Both the position numbers and the translations under genes were made by a program. Positions 38,648-48,425 of a stretch of DNA of 64,000 bases are shown piece after piece. Every line of letters begins with the position of its first letter. Within the stretch, counting starts at the first letter, position 1. The stretch is from a bacterium (lineage in GTDB: Bacteria; Bdellovibrionota_C; UBA2361; CALJRW01): NCBI GenBank assembly GCA_031385045.1, contig JANNBC010000060.1:28502-92501 (forward strand). The letters are read 5' to 3'. The notes under the pieces were generated by a model. That model saw only the letters and a program-made list of their open reading frames with translations, had not been told where the DNA came from and searched no databases.

Positions 38648-40252
38648 TTATTTTTTAGCTGTAACTTCGTTTTCAGTAGCATCTGCGGGAGTTGCTGTGT
38701 CTGCAGCCACTTCATCACTCACTGCAACCACTTCAAATACTGATTTCAAATACATCTTATGTTGACCATTGGGTGAAATATCAATTAAAAAGGGAACCTC
38801 AGGGGGATCTTTAATTCCTACTTTCATCACAACAGCTACGCGCGCTGTATTCCAACCTTTATTTAACACTGCCCGAACAGCAACTGGCACAATTAAACGA
38901 TATTTATGTTGATCGTAATTTACAAAAATTCGTGCCTTGGTAACTCCTAGGAAAGAATCATCATCTTTTGCTGGATTAAGTTTGAATTGATCAAGTGTTA
39001 GTTTTTCAATCCAGGGCGGAAGTTTTTTATTTAAGACTAGATCTTCTGGTGTTAGTGCTTGTGGCGGAGGAGGCGTGATCGAAAGCGATATGTTGCGGAG
39101 CTCTTTGTCGTATCGCGTCAGTGTTCCTTCAACGATCACATCTTGATTTTCACTTTTGCCATAATATTTACTACTTACAGGAGTTGATTCTGATTCACTC
39201 GTGGTAGATGTTGCAACGCTTGTTTTCGCTATTATGGTCGTAGCTAATGGTTTAGGAACTTCGGTTTGCGGTAAGATTAAGATTGATCCGACGACTACAA
39301 AACTACAACCAATAATAATTGGAATCAGGTATTGTAGCGTTTCTTTTGGGATTAAAGGTTTTCTTGGCGTATAGATATCACTTTTTCCATGGGCAGATTT
39401 ATGAATAATATTATCAAAGCCAGTTGAAGCAAGGCTATCAGGAGATATAATTGGACCATCTTTCAATTCAATTTCTTCATCCTTTATTTCTACTTTAGAT
39501 TCTTCACGTTGTCGCTTTAGGTTTTCTAGAAACACCTGATCTTTTGGTTTGATATCGAAGTTAAGCTTTAGAGCATTAGATTTGAGCGGGGAATCTTCCT
39601 GTCTAGAAATAGCTTCTGATGATAATTTAGCAGAATTAACAGAATGTAGATTTGGTTCTTCCTCATCGAAGGATTCAAAACTTAAGCTAATATCATCATC
39701 ATTGGCATTATTGGAAATTTGATTCAGTATGACAGGCTCCTCTTCCTCTTCCAAATCCGCATCTTCCTGATCATCAAATGAGAATACAGTATCTTCAGGT
39801 ATATTTTTGATCGGATTTACTACCTCAGTCGGCTTAAATTCGGCGGGCTCTATTGCCTCTTCTCCAGAATCAAAATCAAAAGAAACTTCTTCGTTGCTGG
39901 AATGGAGTATTCTAGCCCCTGTTGTTTCAGATTCTTTTTCAACGGGAAGATCATCATCATCATCTTCTTCACTAAAATCAAAAGCGGATTCTTCATCATC
40001 ATCTTCGCCTTCTTCCTCAGTTATTTCTTCGATGATCACTTTAGCTAAGGCTGATTTTAAAAATTCATAAATTGGTAGAAGTTCTTCACGATTATTAGAT
40101 TCAATCAGTGTGACTGGTGCACTTAAAAAAATTGTCTCAATTTGTTCTTCATTCAAACCAAAGTTAGTAATGAAAACCTCTCTTAGGGAATTCAATGTAC
40201 TGGAAGATGAATCTGCAACTCCCAAAAAATTTAACTGAAATATTTTATTCAC
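38648..40252 (-). CDS. Hypothetical single-pass membrane protein with a long acidic disordered region
   Basis: About 75-aa N-terminal domain, D/E-rich tract, TM LIPIIIGCSFVVVGSILIL, S/T linker and C-terminal domain. Confidence 0.8.
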   Translation of the reverse strand: MNKIFQLNFLGVADSSSSTLNSLREVFITNFGLNEEQIETIFLSAPVTLIESNNREELLPIYEFLKSALAKVIIEEITEEEGEDDDEESAFDFSEEDDDDDLPVEKESETTGARILHSSNEEVSFDFDSGEEAIEPAEFKPTEVVNPIKNIPEDTVFSFDDQEDADLEEEEEPVILNQISNNANDDDISLSFESFDEEEPNLHSVNSAKLSSEAISRQEDSPLKSNALKLNFDIKPKDQVFLENLKRQREESKVEIKDEEIELKDGPIISPDSLASTGFDNIIHKSAHGKSDIYTPRKPLIPKETLQYLIPIIIGCSFVVVGSILILPQTEVPKPLATTIIAKTSVATSTTSESESTPVSSKYYGKSENQDVIVEGTLTRYDKELRNISLSITPPPPQALTPEDLVLNKKLPPWIEKLTLDQFKLNPAKDDDSFLGVTKARIFVNYDQHKYRLIVPVAVRAVLNKGWNTARVAVVMKVGIKDPPEVPFLIDISPNGQHKMYLKSVFEVVAVSDEVAADTATPADATENEVTAKK

Positions 40253-40608
40253 TATAGCAACTTATTTAGAAACTTGACGATAAGTCCTTAGCCTAAATAG
40301 CTTAAAAGCATATTTAGGTTTAGACATTAATCATTACAAAGAAGTATAATTGTAATTCTGCCTAGGGACAATCAGTTATCTAGTAAAGTTTCATCAATAT
40401 TTCTTTGATGAAAACTTAAAAAAATAAAATATGAGTTTTAGGATTTTATCTCTAAAACAGAGTTTTTCTTAATTGCTTACAAGTAGTCACGTAAATAGGC
40501 AGCACACTACTTCTTCATTCCTGTAATCTTCTATTCTTATAATATTCGTCTCATAACAGGTAAAGTTTAGTGAATTTTTGAAGAATTGACTTTCAAGGGC
40601 TTTCTTTT

Positions 40609-41664
40609 ATGAATTTTATTAAGGATTTTAGGCAGATTGCTAAGTTTTTATGGATTTCTACACAGCCAATCCAGATTCGTCGTGACTTCCTAGAGGCATA
40701 TCATTTAGGTCTACCAGTTGAGCAGTGTTGCCCAGAGGAAATTAACCCTAAAATATTGTTGAAGATTATTGAAGATTTAGAAAAAGTTCAAAAATCTGGA
40801 ATTCAAGCGATTGATTATTTGGATCCACTTTATCCCCGACAATTAAAAGAAATTGCCGATCCTCCATTAGTCTTATTCTTTGCGGGTAATCTAGCTACTT
40901 ATGATTTTGAGCAGCCAGCTTGGGGGATTGTTGGCGCGCGAAAAGCAAGTGTCAAAGGGGTAAACTTAGCCCAGCAAATTGCTTTATTGTTAGCTTCCAG
41001 GCGACAAAAAGTTGTTAGTGGTTTGGCCATTGGGATTGATGCCAGTGCGCATCTTGGCGCGCTAAGTTCTGGGCAACCAGCCTGTACTTTAGCCGTACTG
41101 GGTAACGGTTTGCCGAATATTTATCCTGCCACAAATCATAATTTAGCAAAGAAAATTATTCAAAATGAAGGACTAATTTGTTCTCAATTTTATCCCCTTA
41201 GTAATGCCTATCCGGCCAATTTTTTAAATCGTAATCGTTTAATTGCAGGCTTTGTTGATAACTTATTGGTAATTGAAGCAAGCGAACAAAGTGGTTCTAG
41301 AGTTACCGCTCGCTATGCTCTGGAGCAAGGTAAAAATCTGTATGTTGTTCCAGGAGATATTTCCAATATGAATTATCGAGGTTCTAACCAACTGCTAAAG
41401 CAAGGAGCAGAAATAATTACATGTATTGAAGATTTTGAGGACTTAGTTCCAGATTTAAATCCGCGACCCAAAATACTGTTCACGGTGACACAAGAATTAA
41501 TTTATCAAGCAATTAAGAGTAGTAATCTAATCAGTGTAAGTGACCTTATGGCAAAGGTTTTACAGGAGGGTATAGCTCATGAAATCTTCTATCAGGACCT
41601 AATTTGGCTAGAAAATCAGGGTAAGATCAAAACTTTACCGGGAGAGTTAGTTCAAGTTTCATAG
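40609..41664 (+). CDS. dprA: DNA-processing protein DprA
   Basis: YPRQLKEIADPP, IVGARKAS, VSGLAIGIDASAH, NFLNRNRLIAG and VIEASEQSGS. Confidence 0.95.
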   Translation: MNFIKDFRQIAKFLWISTQPIQIRRDFLEAYHLGLPVEQCCPEEINPKILLKIIEDLEKVQKSGIQAIDYLDPLYPRQLKEIADPPLVLFFAGNLATYDFEQPAWGIVGARKASVKGVNLAQQIALLLASRRQKVVSGLAIGIDASAHLGALSSGQPACTLAVLGNGLPNIYPATNHNLAKKIIQNEGLICSQFYPLSNAYPANFLNRNRLIAGFVDNLLVIEASEQSGSRVTARYALEQGKNLYVVPGDISNMNYRGSNQLLKQGAEIITCIEDFEDLVPDLNPRPKILFTVTQELIYQAIKSSNLISVSDLMAKVLQEGIAHEIFYQDLIWLENQGKIKTLPGELVQVS

Positions 41665-41734
41665 TACAGTAGACGATAGTTGCTAGAATGAATGATAGGT
41701 TTAGCTTCTTAGAGTTTTACTGTATGGTGCCTAA

Positions 41735-42823
41735 ATGAATAAAATTTTGCTACATATTTTCTTAGTTTTTAGTTTCACGTCTTTGTCATTAGCCCAACAA
41801 CAGTCGGTGCCAATTGGAACAGATGAACAATTAAGCTGTTTGTTAACAAGAGCTAGTGATCAATATGGATATTTTTCAGCAAGTATTTTACAGAAGTTAT
41901 CCGGTGATAGCTATTTAAGTGTTCGATTCGATACTCGGATTACTCGTATTGAGGCTCGAATCAATAATCTTCGAGAAGAAATTCAGGGATTAAGATCTTA
42001 TAATCAAAGCCGTCAAATTATTTTAAGACGGGCAGAGATTCGCGAACTCAAAACTAAACTTACAGAAGTTCAATTATGTCGAGCACAAAAAGATCAGTTT
42101 TATTTCGATATCGGATTAGGAAGAGGCGCAGATGCCTGTGAGGTAGCATCTGGACAGCAGAATTTTGTAGCAAAAATTATCAATGGGGAAGAGTGCTCCC
42201 GTTTAAATAGTCCAATTGTTAATTTAACACTAAGAGATCAGCGGGGTGATTATTATTCTTGTACTGGAACTGTAGTTAATTCAAGAAGTGTTATTACTGC
42301 CGCTCATTGCATTACTGGGATTACTGAAATTATTGTAGAGACGGGGATTGGGGCAGTTCCAGCAGTCAGCTTTGATCATCATCCGGATTATGATGGTACG
42401 GAGACTAATGATCTTGGTATTGTGATCGTCGGGCAAGATCTAGATGTCTTAGCTTTTCCTGTCATATCTAAATATCGTACTATGGCTCTTGGTGAGCGAG
42501 TGATTTTTGCTGGATACGGAGTCAGTGAGATTGGATCTGAAACAGCAAATGGCAATTTATTAGCGGGAGCAAATACGCTAACAAGAGTTAGTCGTGAGAG
42601 ACTTTCTATTGATTTTAATTCAATTGAGCAAAGCAACACATGCTTTGGAGATTCTGGTGGACCGCTCTTGTCTTATCAAAATTCTCGCTGGGTATTAGCA
42701 GGAGTTACGTCCAACGGACGTAGAGCTGATTGTGGATATGAGGATCAATCAAATTTTGCAAACCTACTGAATGCTAGTAATAGGAATTATATTAAATCTC
42801 GAATTTCTGATGTAGTAGATTAA
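41735..42823 (+). CDS. Secreted trypsin-like (S1) serine protease with a coiled-coil pro-region
   Basis: Signal peptide, K/IINGEEC activation site, TAAHC, NDLG and CFGDSGGP. Confidence 0.92.
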   Translation: MNKILLHIFLVFSFTSLSLAQQQSVPIGTDEQLSCLLTRASDQYGYFSASILQKLSGDSYLSVRFDTRITRIEARINNLREEIQGLRSYNQSRQIILRRAEIRELKTKLTEVQLCRAQKDQFYFDIGLGRGADACEVASGQQNFVAKIINGEECSRLNSPIVNLTLRDQRGDYYSCTGTVVNSRSVITAAHCITGITEIIVETGIGAVPAVSFDHHPDYDGTETNDLGIVIVGQDLDVLAFPVISKYRTMALGERVIFAGYGVSEIGSETANGNLLAGANTLTRVSRERLSIDFNSIEQSNTCFGDSGGPLLSYQNSRWVLAGVTSNGRRADCGYEDQSNFANLLNASNRNYIKSRISDVVD

Positions 42824-42829
42824 AACCTT

Positions 42830-42871
42830 TCGGCGCTATTAAGTAGCTTCTTAAAAAATTAATAGCGCCGA
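42830..42871. terminator. Hairpin between convergent genes (probably bidirectional terminator)
   Basis: TCGGCGCTATTAA ... TTAATAGCGCCGA. Confidence 0.7.
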
Positions 42872-42877
42872 TCTTAG

Positions 42878-43306
42878 TTACATATTACCTGATGTTCGCG
42901 TTGTCATTGTTCCTAGACCGAACATATGATTAGTATAAAAGAAACTATCAATTTGGTAGGTGAATTTCTTAGAATTAATTAATTGCTCGAGCTGAGTCAT
43001 TAGTTTTAAATTACTAACTCTAAATGTTACGAGATCAGTCGCCTCTCCCAGAGCTGGTACTCTAATTCGATTATTACTTAGTGCTTTTCCTAGATCGATA
43101 TCGTTAATAGTTAATTTATGTTCTGAACCCGAAATGACTAGGTCCTCATTCTTAGGATTTATGATGCGAATTTTTACTTCTAGATTGGTCTCTAGGATTG
43201 TTGACTCTAGAAATTTTACATCAACTAAGTTGACTTCTGGTCTTGTTAGGTGCGTGGAACAAGACGCTGCGAAAAGGGCTAGGAGTAATAGGAGGTATTT
43301 TTTCAT
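42878..43306 (-). CDS. LEA type 2 (WHy domain) lipoprotein
   Basis: Lipobox FAASC, PEVNLVDV, IRIINPKN and LTINDIDLGKA. Confidence 0.8.
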   Translation of the reverse strand: MKKYLLLLLALFAASCSTHLTRPEVNLVDVKFLESTILETNLEVKIRIINPKNEDLVISGSEHKLTINDIDLGKALSNNRIRVPALGEATDLVTFRVSNLKLMTQLEQLINSKKFTYQIDSFFYTNHMFGLGTMTTRTSGNM

Positions 43307-43400
43307 TTAAGCAAAATAGCATGGCTCACTGATAGTGACCATGCAATTTTGCAATTTTTTTCTAATTAGACACACTTCTTCCTAAAAAACTAAGCAAGAG

Positions 43401-44849
43401 TTAGCGTCTTTGTTGTCTGCGGTTATTTTGTTGACGATCGTTTGGACGAAAATTCTGTTGAGGAGAATTTCTATTGGCTTCTTTCCCAAGTTCCTCTTCC
43501 AGGCTTAAGGCTTTTAGATCTACTAAATGTTCTAATGTATAACGAGCAATTGTTGCTAAAAGTTCGGTTGGCTCTAAAGAATTCTCTGTATTTTCTTGAA
43601 TTAACTTCATGATTTCCTTACCTAGCACTAAGTCTCTTGGACGAAGCTTGGCGCGAGTTGTTTTTAGGCTTTCATTTAAGTGCAGGATTTGAGCAGAAGC
43701 AACTTCTTGGTCTGTTGGCTGCATAATCTTTTCTAGCGGAATACCTAATGCTTTTACTGCCTGAAATCCCATAAAGTCATGAGGCCCGACTAAGGAGAGG
43801 GCAGTACCTTTCCGGCCCGCACGTCCAGTTCTTCCCGTTCTGTGAACATAAGATTCTGACTGGTGATGAATACTGAAATTAACTACAAGCTCAATCTGCG
43901 CAATATCGATTCCGCGTGCCGCAATATCAGTAGCAATTAAGTAGCGTAATTCTCTAGCACGAATTTTTTCCATAATTTTATTACGTTGAACTTGGGTTAA
44001 GTCCGAGTTCATTCGTCTAGCATCAAAGCCTCGACGACGCATAAATTCTTCCACTAATTCAGTTTCCGATTTAGTATTACAAAAAATAATTGCCGATTCT
44101 GGTTGGAATGCTTCCAGAAAATCACAGAGCGCAATTGGTTTATCAACAACTTCTTCTCCAACTTCACAGAAAACGTGTCGAATATCTGGTGGAGTTTCAT
44201 CAAGTGTAGCAGCTGAGACGTGTTCTGGTTCATGTAGAAACTTGTTTGCCAAAGCTAGAACTCGAGGAGAGATTGTGGCACTAACAAAAAGTCCTTGTGA
44301 TTTTTCAGGTATGGCGCTGAGGATTTGTTCCACATCTTCTGTGAAACCAATAGAAAACATTTCATCAGCTTCATCAAGAACAAACATTTTTAGGTTTCTT
44401 AAATCAAGATCCCCTTGATCAATGGCATCTAGTATTCGCCCTGGAGTTCCAACAACAATTCTTGGATCTTCAGTTAGTTGACGTTTTTGTTTAGGATAGG
44501 GAATCCCGCCAATTAAGGTTACCGGTGCAAGATCGGGAATAATTTGACCTAAGACCGTAGCAATTTGCACGGCAAGTTCTCTAGTCGGTGTAACAACTAA
44601 ACCAAAAGGTTGTGTCACTGGGCCTTTATCAATTTCAGTTTGTAACTGACAAAGCATCGGAACGCCAAAGGCTAGTGTTTTGCCACTACCAGTTTTTGCT
44701 TCGACAACTAGATCTTTATTATCTAAGGCTGGCAGGATTGTTAAGCTTTGGACTTGAGTTGCCTCAGTAAAACCAAGATTAGTTAATGCTTCTAGGATAC
44801 TTGGTACATTCACCAAGTTTTCAAATGTGGATTTAATAGTTTCGTTCAT
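43401..44849 (-). CDS. DEAD-box RNA helicase (DeaD/CshA-like)
   Basis: AKTGSGKT, PTRELA, GTPGR, DEAD, SAT, TDIAARGID and HRTGRTGRAG. Confidence 0.96.
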   Translation of the reverse strand: MNETIKSTFENLVNVPSILEALTNLGFTEATQVQSLTILPALDNKDLVVEAKTGSGKTLAFGVPMLCQLQTEIDKGPVTQPFGLVVTPTRELAVQIATVLGQIIPDLAPVTLIGGIPYPKQKRQLTEDPRIVVGTPGRILDAIDQGDLDLRNLKMFVLDEADEMFSIGFTEDVEQILSAIPEKSQGLFVSATISPRVLALANKFLHEPEHVSAATLDETPPDIRHVFCEVGEEVVDKPIALCDFLEAFQPESAIIFCNTKSETELVEEFMRRRGFDARRMNSDLTQVQRNKIMEKIRARELRYLIATDIAARGIDIAQIELVVNFSIHHQSESYVHRTGRTGRAGRKGTALSLVGPHDFMGFQAVKALGIPLEKIMQPTDQEVASAQILHLNESLKTTRAKLRPRDLVLGKEIMKLIQENTENSLEPTELLATIARYTLEHLVDLKALSLEEELGKEANRNSPQQNFRPNDRQQNNRRQQRR

Positions 44850-45223
44850 ATTTATTTAATGTTACCTGGCAATCCAGGATAGTTGAAAAAGGCTTAGGCT
44901 GTTAACGATCTAGTGCGTGACGAAACAACTTCACAAAAATAAAACTTTTGTTAGGTACTATCCGAAGGGAATATTGAAGGAAGTTAGAAAAGCAACAATT
45001 TCGCGAGTTCAAAAAATTCAAGATTCCGCAGTAGATTAAACAATCTTGGAGTATCTTATTGTGCTCCTAATTAATCTAAGTTATGGAGTTTATACCTTAT
45101 TTTAGAGATTTATCATAGGGGGGTGATTTGTCTTAGTTGATTGATATTAGAACTTTGTTAAAGCGTTAATTATAGTATTATTACTGAGGGTGAACTTTGA
45201 TAAGAGATTAATTGCTATAATTC

Positions 45224-45922
45224 CTAGCGTTTCTCAATCTGTTTTAGGATGTCAGTCATCATTTCAATCTGAACTTTTTGAATTTCTAAAAGTTCTTGTT
45301 GCTGGTGCATGATCAGATGATCAATTTTTTCATGTAACATTCTAATTTCTAATTCAGATTTTAGATTAATCATATAATCCTTTTTTGCTCGATCCCGATC
45401 TTTTTCTTCTTGTCGATTCTGGCTCATCATAATTACTGGTGCTTGCAGTGCTGCTAAGCAGGAAAGGATCAAATTCAATAGAATAAAAGGGTAGGGATCG
45501 AATCCTTTGTTAACTAGAATTAAGATATTTAAACTAATCCACACTACGATAAAAGCACCAAAAGAAATTATGAATGTCCAACTGCCACCAAAGGAAGCCA
45601 CTTTGTCGGCAACTTTCTGACCAAAAGTGTTGGAAATGGAATCGTCGGACTCAATTTTACTAGCTAAAGTACTATGCTTAGATAGCGAATCAATTACCGT
45701 TTCGTCTAATTCTGTTAGTTCTCCAATTTCTTTAACCAGCGAATTCGCGATGTACTTTTCGCGGAAGAAATTTAATTCACTAATTGACAGATATTGTGCT
45801 CTTGTGAACTCCGGGTTATCATCTTGTATTAGAGTTAAGATTGGTTGCTTAATGACATTGCCTGATATTTTATCGGCAATCGGAAATTCTTTATGTGAGA
45901 TATCGCTGATAAATGTAGTCAT
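45224..45922 (-). CDS. DUF1003 membrane protein
   Basis: ADKVASFGGSWTFI and FDPYPFILLNLILSCLAALQAPVIMMSQNRQ. Confidence 0.92.
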   Translation of the reverse strand: MTTFISDISHKEFPIADKISGNVIKQPILTLIQDDNPEFTRAQYLSISELNFFREKYIANSLVKEIGELTELDETVIDSLSKHSTLASKIESDDSISNTFGQKVADKVASFGGSWTFIISFGAFIVVWISLNILILVNKGFDPYPFILLNLILSCLAALQAPVIMMSQNRQEEKDRDRAKKDYMINLKSELEIRMLHEKIDHLIMHQQQELLEIQKVQIEMMTDILKQIEKR

Positions 45923-46195
45923 GGTGGTTGGTTTTGATAGAGCGTTATGCTTCTTAAGCTTGATGATTCTTTCTACCTTAACACTAGCTTCGTTTGGCGA
46001 TTACTGGAAGTCTCAAATCTAGTAGCGCATAAGTCAAATATTCGTGCCAACATTTGATTCTTAACGTTTGTAATTTATATCTAAAATTTACTGTTTTATT
46101 AGGTTTATTTAGCTCAAATTAATTAGAACTCAGGGTTGTCAACTGATTTTAAATGATTTAATCTTAAATTTATTTATCCCAATTTGGAGTTTTTT

Positions 46196-46951
46196 ATGCG
46201 CAAGATATTTTTGCTTTTATTAGCATTATTTACGTTGCCTGCACTAAGTTTTGCAGCAGCTGTCACAGGATGTGACTTTGATGGTGACAATATCGAGGAC
46301 ACGGTCACTAGCAAAGGATGCCGTAATAATACACTAGAAGTATTTTTTTGTAATGAGCTAGAGGTTAAATTGTCATCTGATAAGTCTAAACGTAAGCAAC
46401 TAATTAATTTCAAGGATAACATTAGTCGAAAGAAGAAAGCCTATTCTAATTTTGTTTGTGAAGATCGAGATGAGGACGGAGATACTGAACTTTACGCTAA
46501 TAATAAATTAGGAGTCCAAGAGAGAATTAAAGAAGTTCGTAGTAAAGTATCGGCAGGTCTTAATGCTGTTTGTAAATCAACTAGAGAGCTACAAGGCTGT
46601 GAAGTTTGGAAGGCTAGTGCCTCTACGCATATTCCTGGATTTGATCCTAGAGCTAATAGCACAAGTTTTATTACTACACGTGGATGCCCTGGATCTTTTC
46701 CAAGTTGCATCCAAGCATTTGATGGTAATGGTAGTTCAATTCACTCCTTAGGTCAGTATTTCCCTACTGGTAGTGCGTACGACAACCGTCACTATGGGGG
46801 TCATGGCTGTGGAGATGGACAGCGACCTTCCTCAATTGCGTCTGAAGCCAGAAAGAAAACAGGATCTTCTGAAATATTTGTTAAGGATTCAGCAGGTGTC
46901 TGTGTACGCATACCAGATCCTAGCCGGTGCTTTAATAGCAGTGGTTGTTAA
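46196..46951 (+). CDS. Secreted cysteine-rich hypothetical protein
   Basis: SD and ATG 46196, signal peptide, DFDGD and DRDEDGD putative Ca-binding loops, many Cys. Confidence 0.8.
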   Translation: MRKIFLLLLALFTLPALSFAAAVTGCDFDGDNIEDTVTSKGCRNNTLEVFFCNELEVKLSSDKSKRKQLINFKDNISRKKKAYSNFVCEDRDEDGDTELYANNKLGVQERIKEVRSKVSAGLNAVCKSTRELQGCEVWKASASTHIPGFDPRANSTSFITTRGCPGSFPSCIQAFDGNGSSIHSLGQYFPTGSAYDNRHYGGHGCGDGQRPSSIASEARKKTGSSEIFVKDSAGVCVRIPDPSRCFNSSGC

Positions 46952-46976
46952 TTTTTCAGATAATTGATTAAATTAT

Positions 46977-47019
46977 AATGTCACCTTGATTTCTTCGGAA
47001 ATCAAGGTGACATTTTTTT
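46977..47019 (+). terminator. Rho-independent terminator
   Basis: AATGTCACCTTGATTTC-ttcg-GAAATCAAGGTGACATT followed by a T-tract. Confidence 0.9.
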
Positions 47020-47107
47020 ATCTATATACTAAAACCTGCTAGGTTTTTTGGTGAAGACTTAAGTATCGCCAATTATCATTAACTAACTCCATTTATTATT
47101 CTGAGTC

Positions 47108-48349
47108 ATGGGTAAAATTAAATCTATTACAATCTTAGGGTCTTCTTCTGGTCGTAATGCAGGGGATGCTGCCTTACTATCGGGCATTATGGATACTATC
47201 GATGGGGCTTGCGAGCGTCGAGTGCTTTATGAAATTCCTACTTATCGCCCTAATTATATTTGGCATAATTACGAAAATAAAGTTCGTCCGGTTTCAATGT
47301 TGCCATATGCTGGGACAGTTGGAATGTTAGGGCTTCCAACACTTTCTTCTGTTCGTCGTAGCAATCTGACATTGATTTATGATGCTATGCTTTTTGATCG
47401 CAAACTATGGAACCCTTTAACTAATTACATGTCCACGGCTTGGCTGTTTTTAAAGCATCTTAAGAAGCAAGGGAATCTTGTTGGATTTTATAACGTTGGT
47501 GCTGGCCCGGTAGACACTGATTGGGGTAAAAAGATGCTTTTTGAGTTGGGGGACTTGGCTGATTTTATTACTGTCCGCGATCAGGATTCCTATAATTTAC
47601 TGCAAGAGTTGGGCGTTAATCAGGATAAAATGACGATTACTGCCGATGCTGCTATTACTGTAGAGCCTAGCTCTCAAGCAAGAGTTCAAGAGATCTTTAA
47701 TGAGCTTGGTTTGGATTTAGGATCTGAGATTCTAGCAATCAACATCAATAGTTATTTAAATTCTTGGACAAAGTGGAAAGATGATGGTCAAGCGCAGTTA
47801 TCTGCAGATCATTTTTTAGATATTTATGCTGAAGGCTTAAATGGCTTTTTAAAGGAACATCAAGTCCCAGTCTTGTTTGTTTGTACGCAACATTCTGATA
47901 TCCCAGTGACTCAAGGTTTAATGAGAAGGGTAAAGGGGGCTACTCGTACTGCTTTATTTACTAACCAAAAGTTTAATCATTATGATGTTAAAGGTGTTTT
48001 GAAAAATGTTTCATTGTTATTTGCAATGAGACTTCATGCCAATATCTTAGCAACAAGTGCTGGAACTCCTAGCTTAGCGCTATTATTTCAGAAAAAAGTT
48101 GAGAGTTACTATAATGGAATTGGTTTGCCTGAAAACACACTTTCCTTTAATGATTTTACTGCTGATAAAATTAAAAATCACTTGCTGTATGGCTGGGAGA
48201 ATCGAGCTAAGATTCGAGCTAAACTAAGTGAGACTATTCCAGTTGTTGCTGAAAATGCTAAAACTGCTGGAAATGTAATTAGCGCGATCGATCGGGGAGA
48301 AGATTTTAGAGCTGTGATTAGGGAAATGCGCGCCACTAGAGGACTATAA
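47108..48349 (+). CDS. Polysaccharide pyruvyl transferase family protein (CsaB/WcaK-like)
   Basis: NAGDAALL, VGAGP, ITVRDQDS, TADAA and AMRLHANI. Confidence 0.88.
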   Translation: MGKIKSITILGSSSGRNAGDAALLSGIMDTIDGACERRVLYEIPTYRPNYIWHNYENKVRPVSMLPYAGTVGMLGLPTLSSVRRSNLTLIYDAMLFDRKLWNPLTNYMSTAWLFLKHLKKQGNLVGFYNVGAGPVDTDWGKKMLFELGDLADFITVRDQDSYNLLQELGVNQDKMTITADAAITVEPSSQARVQEIFNELGLDLGSEILAININSYLNSWTKWKDDGQAQLSADHFLDIYAEGLNGFLKEHQVPVLFVCTQHSDIPVTQGLMRRVKGATRTALFTNQKFNHYDVKGVLKNVSLLFAMRLHANILATSAGTPSLALLFQKKVESYYNGIGLPENTLSFNDFTADKIKNHLLYGWENRAKIRAKLSETIPVVAENAKTAGNVISAIDRGEDFRAVIREMRATRGL

Positions 48350-48425
48350 GCAAGATACTAAAAGTTTAATTTAGGGCTGATTCTTGAGAGCCCTAAAAGT
48401 CTTTTGATCAGAGTCTAGCTTTTAT

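Noticed and set aside
44850..45100. Riboswitch or thermometer in the DEAD-helicase leader
   Set aside because: Several short stems only, no recognisable motif, and the TSS is unclear.
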